DNA of 17,244 nucleotides from Candidatus Thorarchaeota archaeon (GTDB lineage Archaea; Asgardarchaeota; Thorarchaeia; Thorarchaeales; Thorarchaeaceae): NCBI GenBank assembly GCA_046758445.1, contig JBHIAE010000057.1, positions 1 to 17,244 of the forward strand, read 5' to 3'. Shown piece by piece: positions 7,904 to 15,629 of this stretch (position 1 is its first letter; each line of letters starts with the position of its first letter). The notes under the pieces were generated by a model. It saw only the letters and a program-made list of their open reading frames with translations, ran no database searches and was not told where the DNA came from. The position numbers and the translations under genes were made by a program.

Positions 7904-9163
7904 TCAGATGACAGTGGGATTTGTACGAGTGCCGTTTGCAAATGCAGCTATTCGCGCCCGGGTCTTCGTCATGTTCCGAGCGACCTCAAAGCCCTCTTGT
8001 GCATCACTTACAGCCACACAACGCAGTTCCTCTTCGACTAGAGAGGGGCGCAACTCGGAACAGATAATGACTCTCCTTGTGTCTTGAACTCTTCGAAGAT
8101 AGCGAACTCGCTCCATTCCTATCTCGAATTCGGACTCGATGATCGACATGACGTCAGGCTCAGATGTGGAGCAGGTGACTCCTCTTAGGAAACCTTCTGG
8201 TCCTACTCCTCTGCTGCACTCTGCCACAAGCACAATCACTCCGTCGCGTCGGGTCGCCGTGAGTCCTGAATGCAGAGCCTCCATTGCACTGTAAAGAGTG
8301 ACATCGCCTAGATAGCCGCCAGCGCTGACCATAGCTATGTCGAACCTCTGCTCCTGGGGCACATTCGCAAGTGTGACAGCCGTCGAAACTCCTTGCTCCC
8401 AAGGCCTGATTGGATCGCCTGCCACCACTTCCGCGACCGTGCCTCTCCAATCCTCTATTGTGTTTACGATGAAGTTGAGTCCGGCTAGCTGACTTGCCTC
8501 AACCATGTTCTGACATGCGGGCGTAGTGATGTCGAACACGTCAAAATGTGTCTGTGCAAGTAGCTTCAGATGACGGGCTCGTGTCTTCACTCCTGCCACG
8601 CCTGGTAGGACTGCCGCTCTTCCTCCAGTGGCTCCAGTGAACGTGCTTTGATGAATCGCGCCTATGCCAATCTTGAAGTCTGCTGAAGCAAATTGCCCAT
8701 TTAGCTGAATCGGAACTGAGTGAGTTGGTGTGGTGCCAATCTCTATGAGTCGTTCATCTCTATGAGGATCATGAATGCTTAGAGAGAAGCCCCTCGATGT
8801 TGGAGAGCCTAATCGTTTGTCCCATTCTGCGAGATTTGTTGTTCCAGTTTCATTCGCAGAAACAATGACCGTGACTTGCTCTGGATCAACGACCTTTCCA
8901 ATTAGAATCGACAGGATCGCGTCCAAGACCACACCCGCGTGGGTGTGGAGGACAGGCCCCTCTACCACTACAGCCACAGAGTCATCACAAGCAATCAGGC
9001 TCGGGAGTGAGTCTGTGCCTACAGGCGACATCAGAACTCTATCGATTTCGGACCTCAGGTCCTCGAAGCCAACAGCAGTCTTGGGTCTTAGCTCTTCCAT
9101 GGTTGAGAGAGTGCCATCCTCAAGCCGTAGAGTCCCTTCACCATATTGGAGATCGATTCTCAT
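7904..9163 (-). CDS. Lactate racemase (LarA/DUF2088) fold protein, catalytically degenerate
   Basis: LarA family landmarks are present: N-terminal 'I.L.YG', 'L..P.G...L', 'GTTP...VPIQLN...ADFKI', 'G.TGGR..VLPGVAG', 'NM.EA...GL.FIVN', 'DI..VSAGGY..D..LY' and 'GVIVLVAEC..GVG'. ATG at 9163 follows a GTGAGGG SD-like site; the alternative start is GTG at 9175. Confidence 0.85.
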   Translation of the reverse strand: MRIDLQYGEGTLRLEDGTLSTMEELRPKTAVGFEDLRSEIDRVLMSPVGTDSLPSLIACDDSVAVVVEGPVLHTHAGVVLDAILSILIGKVVDPEQVTVIVSANETGTTNLAEWDKRLGSPTSRGFSLSIHDPHRDERLIEIGTTPTHSVPIQLNGQFASADFKIGIGAIHQSTFTGATGGRAAVLPGVAGVKTRARHLKLLAQTHFDVFDITTPACQNMVEASQLAGLNFIVNTIEDWRGTVAEVVAGDPIRPWEQGVSTAVTLANVPQEQRFDIAMVSAGGYLGDVTLYSAMEALHSGLTATRRDGVIVLVAECSRGVGPEGFLRGVTCSTSEPDVMSIIESEFEIGMERVRYLRRVQDTRRVIICSELRPSLVEEELRCVAVSDAQEGFEVARNMTKTRARIAAFANGTRTNPTVI

Positions 9164-9316
9164 CGCGGCCCTCACTGTCCATCAGTTGCTGCTCTTCCAC
9201 TTAAGGTCAACATCCAAACTTCGAGTAATACATTCCGATTTGCAATGAAGATGTCGTGAGCATTGGCAACCTTCTTATCTTGAGAACAAACGATGACCTG
9301 TGGTGTCCAGGGCCGA

Positions 9317-10063
9317 ATGAGAAGATCTGACAAGCTCCTCGTGATATCGTTGGCAGCCGCAGCTCTCTATTGGATGCTTACGATTGTCATACCTGGTATA
9401 GCGAGTCCCCTCATAGCCGCATACTACTGGCTTCTTGATTTCTCTGTGTTAATAGGATATCAGGGGGCACTTGTGGTATCTTTCATCGGAAATGCAACTA
9501 TCCTGTTTCCATTCCCGTACATTGGCGTCCCTTTCATCCTCGGAGGACTGACGGACAGCATTACGGACGCGTTCGTCTTTGACCCATGGCTTGTTGGTCT
9601 GGTTTCTGGGGCAGGTGCCGCTCTGGGCGAGATGACGGGGTATCTGCTCGGGTTTGCCGGAGGCTCCCTAATAGACGAGGATCAGAGAACCAACTTCAGG
9701 GACTTTGCACTCCAATATCCAAGGCTCACACCGTTTGTACTGTGGTTTCTTGCAGCCACTCCAATACCTGATGACGTGCTTGTGGTGCCACTCGGGGCCG
9801 CGAAGTATCCGTGGTGGAAGGTGTTCCTGCCTCAGATTATTGGGAAATCGATGTTCTTGGCGGCAATTGCTTGGGCAGGAAGAGCTGGCCTATCATGGAT
9901 TGGTGACCTCCTTGGAGGGATGGACCCCATCGGTCCGTTCACAAAGTCTATTGAAGTTGCAGGGTTCATACTGGTAATCTTCGCTGTCTACCTGCTAGTT
10001 CGAGTCGACTGGTCAGGTCTGTCGGGCAAGATGATGCGTCAATTCGGTGCACAGCGCGTCTAG
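9317..10063 (+). CDS. DedA/VTT (SNARE-associated Golgi protein, YqaA-like) family membrane protein
   Basis: Multiple TM segments and DedA motifs SFIGNATILFPFPY, GAALGEMTGYLLG, FLAATPIPDDVLVVPLG..KYPWWK....IIGK. ATG at 9317; an alternative ATG is at 9293. Confidence 0.85.
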   Translation: MRRSDKLLVISLAAAALYWMLTIVIPGIASPLIAAYYWLLDFSVLIGYQGALVVSFIGNATILFPFPYIGVPFILGGLTDSITDAFVFDPWLVGLVSGAGAALGEMTGYLLGFAGGSLIDEDQRTNFRDFALQYPRLTPFVLWFLAATPIPDDVLVVPLGAAKYPWWKVFLPQIIGKSMFLAAIAWAGRAGLSWIGDLLGGMDPIGPFTKSIEVAGFILVIFAVYLLVRVDWSGLSGKMMRQFGAQRV

Positions 10064-11088
10064 ATCACAGAGTCCTTCACGCTTCCACCACTCTTGCCTT
10101 TGTCATGGTCGTCTTCATGACTTTCTCCCATTCCACTGAACAAGGACTTGCCAGCTTTCGTCAAAGATACAAACCCATCCTTCAGCATGGTTCCCACAGA
10201 GGCAATATTCAGACCAGCACTTAGGGCGGTAGGCATGCTGACCAATCCAACATTGTTCATCTCATTGAGGAGTTGAATGTAAGCGGCCAGTCGATGAAGT
10301 GCCAGAAGACCGACACAGTTGCCAAATGCACGCTTCATCCCTTCTATCAGCCCCTCACGAGGACTTTCGAATTCCTGAAAAGCTCTCTCAATCTCCAGAA
10401 ACGTACAGCAGATCGTACGTGCGTTCTCGTCAGGGTTCTTCATGAAGTGGCCCGGGGCCTCAAGCAGAAATGGGTCTCGAATGTACTCCTTTATCTTGAG
10501 CCTGGGTTCTACGTCAGCAATTGACCACCACGCCGTAAGGTGTTGGTCGCTGAGGGGTTGAACCTCGAGTTTCTTGTCGACTGACTTGACGGGGATACTA
10601 GAATCAGGCAAAAATGAATGCCATCCTGGGACCATCCTCAGACCTGGTCCGCTGACTCCGGGTGGAGCAAGATTAAGTCGACGAGAACAATAGTGGACGA
10701 GGTCGTAGATCGCATACCTACGATTCTTATCAATGAACACAAAGATGGGTTCATAGTCTGCCTCATGCGCCGGGACTGCTTGATAGTCCCACACATATAG
10801 GTACTGAAGGCACAAGACACCGCTATGAGGGCTTTCCACAACTCGACCAAATACGTTCACAAATTCTGTCGCTTCAAGGGCCTGAGTTGTTTCTGCAGGG
10901 AGAATGTGACCCAGCGTCTTCAAAAGAGTCTTGTCTGCGGTGAGAACACCGGTCGTCGGAGGAAGGTTCGCTTCCAGAAGACTTCTGTCGTAGAACGCCT
11001 GATGTCCCCCAGTCCGCTGCTTGAAGGTCATATCTGTTTGTGGAACCTTAAGGTGCAGCTGGTTTCTGTAATTCTTCTTCTTTACCAA
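10060..11088 (-). CDS. Hypothetical protein (342 aa) with a Vps62/NPP1-like 'LQY..W......HEADYEPIFVF' motif
   Basis: Long ORF. The TTG start is supported by GGAGGT 8 nt upstream (11097-11102, minus strand). The family call rests on motif similarity only. Confidence 0.75.
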   Translation of the reverse strand: MVKKKNYRNQLHLKVPQTDMTFKQRTGGHQAFYDRSLLEANLPPTTGVLTADKTLLKTLGHILPAETTQALEATEFVNVFGRVVESPHSGVLCLQYLYVWDYQAVPAHEADYEPIFVFIDKNRRYAIYDLVHYCSRRLNLAPPGVSGPGLRMVPGWHSFLPDSSIPVKSVDKKLEVQPLSDQHLTAWWSIADVEPRLKIKEYIRDPFLLEAPGHFMKNPDENARTICCTFLEIERAFQEFESPREGLIEGMKRAFGNCVGLLALHRLAAYIQLLNEMNNVGLVSMPTALSAGLNIASVGTMLKDGFVSLTKAGKSLFSGMGESHEDDHDKGKSGGSVKDSVI

Positions 11089-11096
11089 GTCTGTTG

Positions 11097-11102
11097 ACCT
11101 CC
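11097..11102 (-). promoter_or_regulatory. Shine-Dalgarno site (GGAGGT) for the 342-aa hypothetical gene
   Basis: acctcc on the + strand reads GGAGGT on the - strand, 8 nt before TTG at 11088. Confidence 0.65.
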
Positions 11103-11223
11103 AATTGGTGTGCCACTAATCCCCACCTGGACAAGACGACTGATGGTCCTGCGCGGATTGAGAACCGAGTCCAAGACATCCATCTCCGTCAATAAGCTTC
11201 GCTACGTTGCACCAAGTTCCCAA

Positions 11224-11628
11224 TCATGAACCTTCTAGCAATGCAGGTCGGAATGATAGGTAAGTCTTCCCGGACTTCCCTGTTTCGTAGCCCAGAATGA
11301 AACTGGTCCCGAGCTTCACTTCATCAGGCTTCAGGGGATCAAACCCATCAAGTCTAGCAGTGACTCGGGTTCCCTCTTCAAGTTCGACAATCGCTACGAA
11401 ATAGGGTGCCTCCTCTTGGAACTCTTCAGGAGCTACATGGATGACCGTGAATGAAATCAGGGTTCCCTTGCCGCTCACACGCGTCCAGCCCATCTTATTC
11501 CCGCCGCAACTATAGCAGGTACCTGATGGAGGTGCTATCACCGCACCACAATTGGCGCATTTATAAGCCTGAAAGTCGTGTTCCTCTATGTTCTTCTTGT
11601 ACTGCTCAATCGTTGGCTTCTCGCTCAA
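11224..11628 (-). CDS. DUF35 / ChsH2-like Zn-ribbon + OB-fold protein (thiolase partner)
   Basis: Zn ribbon C-AN-C-G...PP...C-YS-C followed by an OB-fold, SGKGTLISFTVIH.APEEF..EAPY.VAIVELEEG.RV. The TTG start overlaps the thiolase TGA (TTGA at 11625-11628), indicating translational coupling. Confidence 0.93.
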   Translation of the reverse strand: MSEKPTIEQYKKNIEEHDFQAYKCANCGAVIAPPSGTCYSCGGNKMGWTRVSGKGTLISFTVIHVAPEEFQEEAPYFVAIVELEEGTRVTARLDGFDPLKPDEVKLGTSFILGYETGKSGKTYLSFRPALLEGS

Positions 11629-12797
11629 GCGTCAGCCCTCCTGAAGATGTTCACCACGCATGTTGCACCTGTTCCTCCAAAATTGTGCATTATGGCTGTT
11701 TCGTGTTTGGAAACCTGATTAGGTCCTGCCGCACCGACAAGCTCCTTGTACAATACGGCTGCTTGCTTCACACCAGTGGCTCCGACAGGATGTCCGACAG
11801 CTTTCAACCCACCCATTGGGTTCATCGGTTTGTCACCATCGAGTGCCGTGACTCCGTTTCTCAGGGCCTTGGCTCCCTCGCCAGGCCTGAAGAATCCAAT
11901 GTCCTCGCTAGCGATAATCTCTGCTATAGTGAAGCAATCGTGTACCACTGCAAAATCCATGTCCTCTGGAGTCAGACCAGCCATTTGGTACGCGTTTCTG
12001 CTGGCAGCTACGGATGACTCGAATGACGACAGGTTGGAACGATCGGAAAGATTCATAGAAGCAGAGGCCTGGCCGGTACCAACTACACTCACTGGGAGAT
12101 CCGTGTACTCCTTTGCTTTCTCCTTGGAAGTGAGAATTAGAGCAGCTGCACCATCTGAGATAGGAGAGCAGTCAAAGAGCTTCAAGGGCCATGCCACGTA
12201 TCTTGGAGTCAGCGCTTTCTCCAAGGTAATCTCCTTCTGAAACTGAGCAAGCGGGTTTGTCGAGGCGTTCTTGTGAGCTTTGACTGCCACATGTGCCATG
12301 TCTTCCTCTGTCGTCCCGTACTCCTGCATGTGCGCCACGGCTGCGATTGCGAAGACGCCAGGGAAAGTTAGTCCTACGTTGGACTCAAACTCGTCGTCTG
12401 CTGCGGCCGCCAAGGCCTCCGTCACCGCATTCGTCGAAACAGATGTCATCTTCTCTGCACCCGCAACGAGGACTGTGTCATAGAGCCCAGACTCGATTGC
12501 CATGATGCCCGCCCTCAGAGCTGTGGCACCGGAGGCGCACGCGGCCTCATGTCTGGTTGCAGGTAGCCCTCTGAGTCCAGCATAGTCCATAAGCAGCGGT
12601 GCTGTGTGGCCCTGATGAACAAGCATCTCAGGTATGAAAGTCCCCAAGAAAGCGGCTTGGATATCCTCCTTCGGAATCCCCGCGTCCACAGTGACTTTGT
12701 CAACAGCCTCGGCGAACATTTCCCTAAGCGTCACACCATCGAGTTTCCCGAACTTGGTCTGGTCGGCACTCACAATATGCGCGTTCTTTAGCGGCAA
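11625..12797 (-). CDS. Acetyl-CoA C-acyltransferase (thiolase, archaeal SCP2-type)
   Basis: Motifs EAACASG (catalytic Cys), GAEKM, HKNA..NP.AQF, DCSPISDGAAA, HDCF, GHPVGATG and HNFGG. AGGAG lies upstream of the TTG start. Confidence 0.95.
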   Translation of the reverse strand: MPLKNAHIVSADQTKFGKLDGVTLREMFAEAVDKVTVDAGIPKEDIQAAFLGTFIPEMLVHQGHTAPLLMDYAGLRGLPATRHEAACASGATALRAGIMAIESGLYDTVLVAGAEKMTSVSTNAVTEALAAAADDEFESNVGLTFPGVFAIAAVAHMQEYGTTEEDMAHVAVKAHKNASTNPLAQFQKEITLEKALTPRYVAWPLKLFDCSPISDGAAALILTSKEKAKEYTDLPVSVVGTGQASASMNLSDRSNLSSFESSVAASRNAYQMAGLTPEDMDFAVVHDCFTIAEIIASEDIGFFRPGEGAKALRNGVTALDGDKPMNPMGGLKAVGHPVGATGVKQAAVLYKELVGAAGPNQVSKHETAIMHNFGGTGATCVVNIFRRADA

Positions 12798-12896
12798 GTT
12801 ACTGATGTCTCCTGAGAATGGACACGTTCAGTTCCCATTCACCAGCACAAAAACCTGATGACGTAGGAAAGCTCGGCAAAGTCCGTTGTTCCTAAG

Positions 12897-12908
12897 GGTT
12901 TTATACTC
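12897..12908 (+). promoter_or_regulatory. Putative archaeal TATA box for the acyl-CoA dehydrogenase, within the divergent intergenic region
   Basis: ggTTTTATAc about 37-43 nt upstream of ATG 12942; the most TATA-like element in this spacer. Confidence 0.45.
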
Positions 12909-12941
12909 GTGCTGAAGTCTGGAAGCCTGAGTGGACTACCA

Positions 12942-14144
12942 ATGGACTTCTCACTATCAGAAAAGGACCAGAAACTGTTTGAACGGGCGAAACAGTTTAC
13001 GAGAGAACATGTCACTCCTCGAGCTCATGAACTGGAGAAACGCAATGAGTTCCCGAAGGAAATCATTCAGAAGGCCTATGAGACCGGACTCATGAATCTT
13101 CATGTCCCACCCGAGGCTGGAGGGCCGGGCCTCTCACTACTGTCAGAAACTCTGGTGTCAGAAGCCACAGGATACGGATGTGCTGGGATTGCTACCACGG
13201 TGCTCTGCAACAATCTGGCTTTTGCGCCATTGGTAATTGCGGCAACGATGGAACAGCTAAAGGAGCATGTCGAACCTCTAATCACTGGCAAGGATGCTAA
13301 GTTTGGTGCCTTCTGCTTGACCGAGCGAAAAGCGGGTTCAGATGCAGCAGCTGTCGCAACAAGAGCAGTCAGGGACGGCGATGAGTACATCATTAACGGT
13401 CTCAAATGCTTCATCACAAATGCACCACAGGCCTCACTATTCACTGTATTCGCTTCTACCCAACCTGACTTGAAGCACAAGGGGCTCTCAGTCTTCATGG
13501 TACCGAAGGGGAAGGGGGTGAAGATTGGTCACGTCGAGAATAAGCTTGGCCAGCTGTCCTCAGTACAATCAGAGATCATGTTTGAGGACGTTCGAGTCCC
13601 AAAGGAGATGTTAGTAGGTAAAGAGGGTGAAGGGTTCAAGATTGCCATGATGACTCTTGACAAGACTAGAGCAGGGATTGCTGGTATAGCCACGGGTGTT
13701 GCCCAAAGAGCCCTCGACGAGTCTGCCAAGTTTGCCAACATGCGGCACCAGTTCGGACAGCCAATTGGCAGGTTTCAAGGTATCGGCTTCACCCTGGCCG
13801 ACATGGGTGCACGAACCCTCGCTGCGCGTCATCTTACAAGATATGCGGCATGGCTTGCAGATAATGGACTGGACAACTCAAAAGACTCGGCCTTTGCGAA
13901 GTTCTTTGCCGCTGACGTCGCTATGCAGAACGCTATCGATGCCGTGCAGATATTCGGTGGCTACGGGTACATCACTGAGTACCCTGTGGAGAAACTGATG
14001 AGAGATGCCAAGCTTCTACAGATCTATGAGGGTACCAATCAGGTTCAACGAGTAGTTGCAAGTGGCAGGATTCTGAAAGAGAGTGTGAATCTGGATACTG
14101 GTTTCAACGTCAAGTACGATGGACAAGATGCACCTATACCGTAG
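12942..14144 (+). CDS. Acyl-CoA dehydrogenase (short/medium-chain, FAD-dependent)
   Basis: Typical N-terminus MDFSLSE; motifs AFCLTE..AGSDA, INGLKCFITNA, R.QFGQPIG.FQ, AVQIFGGYGY..EYPVEKLMRDAK and IYEGTNQVQR (catalytic Glu). ATG 12942 is preferred over GTG 12909. Confidence 0.96.
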   Translation: MDFSLSEKDQKLFERAKQFTREHVTPRAHELEKRNEFPKEIIQKAYETGLMNLHVPPEAGGPGLSLLSETLVSEATGYGCAGIATTVLCNNLAFAPLVIAATMEQLKEHVEPLITGKDAKFGAFCLTERKAGSDAAAVATRAVRDGDEYIINGLKCFITNAPQASLFTVFASTQPDLKHKGLSVFMVPKGKGVKIGHVENKLGQLSSVQSEIMFEDVRVPKEMLVGKEGEGFKIAMMTLDKTRAGIAGIATGVAQRALDESAKFANMRHQFGQPIGRFQGIGFTLADMGARTLAARHLTRYAAWLADNGLDNSKDSAFAKFFAADVAMQNAIDAVQIFGGYGYITEYPVEKLMRDAKLLQIYEGTNQVQRVVASGRILKESVNLDTGFNVKYDGQDAPIP

Positions 14145-14155
14145 ACCAGAAAGAT

Positions 14156-14183
14156 GCAGTGTGGAGGAGAGCCTCCGCACTGC
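14156..14183 (+). terminator. Stem-loop after the acyl-CoA dehydrogenase (possible terminator or processing hairpin)
   Basis: GCAGTGTGGAGG-AGAG-CCTCCGCACTGC forms a 12-bp stem with one G.U pair and a 4-nt loop, 11 nt after the TAG stop. There is no poly-U tail. Confidence 0.55.
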
Positions 14184-14286
14184 TACGTGATTCTGGGTCC
14201 ATGTTCCTTCAACCTTCCAGTAATGATTTATGTAGTCAAGTGTGTGGCCGAGCTATAGCACGACTAATGGATGGAGTGACACCATC

Positions 14287-15024
14287 TTGGAGGACAATGA
14301 AACTATCAGGATGATCAATCATCGCCGGGCAATAAGAGACTATGACACATCAAGAGATGTTCCGGATGAGATGATCTGCAGGATTATTGAAGCTGGAGGA
14401 TACGCTCCCAGCGCTGAGAACCAGCAGCCTTGGAGAGTCATAGTCGTCCGTGACAAGGAGACTCAGAAGTTCATTGGACAGATTGCTGTGGACCGTACGA
14501 TCGAGCTTTTCGGCAGAGCCACTCCAAGGGAGGAGCTTGAGCGAAGGCTGAGCTACATTGAGTCCAAAGTCAGCCTCGAGCGAACCATTGACATTCTGAT
14601 CACTGGAGAGCGATTTGAGTACATCAAGGGGGAGGCAGAAACAAACGGAGCGCCTGTGCTTCTTGTACTAGCTGTTGACCAGACTCATGTTGGTAACTCT
14701 CAGCCGACGCTCAGAGGAACTGGTGGAGTGTATGGATGGTCCTCTCCGAGACATGCGGTCATCGCCGGCTCGATGATGATGCAGAATATGTCACTTGCTG
14801 CGGCATCACTTGGGTTAGGAAGCTGCGTATCCTCAGTACAGCTGGACCACTTCGATAATGTCGGGGCGATATCAGACCTACTGGGAATCCCGTTTCCGCA
14901 CTATGTCCCAATCCTATGTCTGACACTGGGTTACCCGAAGTATGAGAGAACGCTCGGACCACCAAGACAGGGTCCTGATGAGATTGCGTTCCTAGACAAA
15001 TGGGGGGAGCCCTTCCATCAATAG
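14287..15024 (+). CDS. Nitroreductase family protein (FMN-binding)
   Basis: Motifs INHRRAIRDY, IIEAGGYAPSAENQQPWRVIVVRD, QNMSLAAASLGLGSC and L.LGYP. TTG at 14287 follows a GGAGTGA SD (14273-14279). The ORF track start at 14242 is probably too long. Confidence 0.92.
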   Translation: MEDNETIRMINHRRAIRDYDTSRDVPDEMICRIIEAGGYAPSAENQQPWRVIVVRDKETQKFIGQIAVDRTIELFGRATPREELERRLSYIESKVSLERTIDILITGERFEYIKGEAETNGAPVLLVLAVDQTHVGNSQPTLRGTGGVYGWSSPRHAVIAGSMMMQNMSLAAASLGLGSCVSSVQLDHFDNVGAISDLLGIPFPHYVPILCLTLGYPKYERTLGPPRQGPDEIAFLDKWGEPFHQ

Positions 15025-15036
15025 AGGTGACACATC

Positions 15037-15585
15037 ATGACAGAACTAGACGCTCTTAGAAAGGGACTTGTTGCTCTCCTAGACGGCATGTGGTGGGGAC
15101 TTCGTGACAATGTGGGCGCTCTCTCAATGTATGAGGGCTACTCAGGTGGATTCAGGCAGATGGGATCCGAGTTCGCCGAGGCTGGTGGGGAGAAGGGTGC
15201 CAAGGGTGCGGCAAGTATGGCCGCGAAACTCTTCAAGGCAATTGGCTTAGAGGTTGCACGTGACGGTGACTCCGTACGCGTCATTTCCTGCCCGGTCTGG
15301 AATCGAATATTGGAAAGAGGGCTGGAGTACGCATTCCATGTGGAGGAGATATGTTGGAAACCGATGCTTGAGGGTATAGGGGAAAAGGCCGGAGCAAAGC
15401 CCATGGTTGAGTCCTCTTTGCGACCTGCTCATTTGGAGAGGGCTAGGCTTGACCATAAGCGTAGCAAGGCCAAGCTAGCTTTGGAGAAGGGTACGATAAC
15501 AGAAGAGGAATACGAGAGTCAGACTTCAGTACTTGAAGAAGGTCTAAAGAAGATACCGTCTGAGGGCTTATACCGATTCGAATAG
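15037..15585 (+). CDS. Hypothetical protein, DUF6125/V4R-like domain with a SHOCT-like C-terminal helix
   Basis: GAGGTGA SD at 15024-15030. Motifs LDGMWWGL, RVISCPVW...GLE......IC, and the C-terminal ALEKGTITEEEYE. Family names come from remembered motif patterns, not a search. Confidence 0.7.
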   Translation: MTELDALRKGLVALLDGMWWGLRDNVGALSMYEGYSGGFRQMGSEFAEAGGEKGAKGAASMAAKLFKAIGLEVARDGDSVRVISCPVWNRILERGLEYAFHVEEICWKPMLEGIGEKAGAKPMVESSLRPAHLERARLDHKRSKAKLALEKGTITEEEYESQTSVLEEGLKKIPSEGLYRFE

Positions 15586-15629
15586 AAGGGAGTTCTTCAT
15601 TTAGTAACTGAACATTGGCGGGTGAGTTC

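Noticed and set aside
7904-9163. Calling the gene a functional larA or a pseudogene
   Set aside because: The catalytic and cofactor residues appear absent, so 'larA' is unsupported. The frame is intact and full-length, so 'pseudogene' is unsupported too.
8775-9248. 157-aa plus-strand ORF opposite the LarA-like gene
   Set aside because: Almost entirely overlaps a gene with clear family motifs and has no recognisable features of its own.
11451-12858. Plus-strand ORFs of 61-188 aa opposite the thiolase/DUF35 genes
   Set aside because: Antisense shadows of highly conserved genes.
12855-12870. CTGATGA...GAAA resembling a hammerhead ribozyme core in the thiolase/ACAD spacer
   Set aside because: Only 5 nt (CGTAG) separate the two motifs, so there is no proper stem II, and I could not find convincing stems I/III. 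Likely chance within a promoter region.
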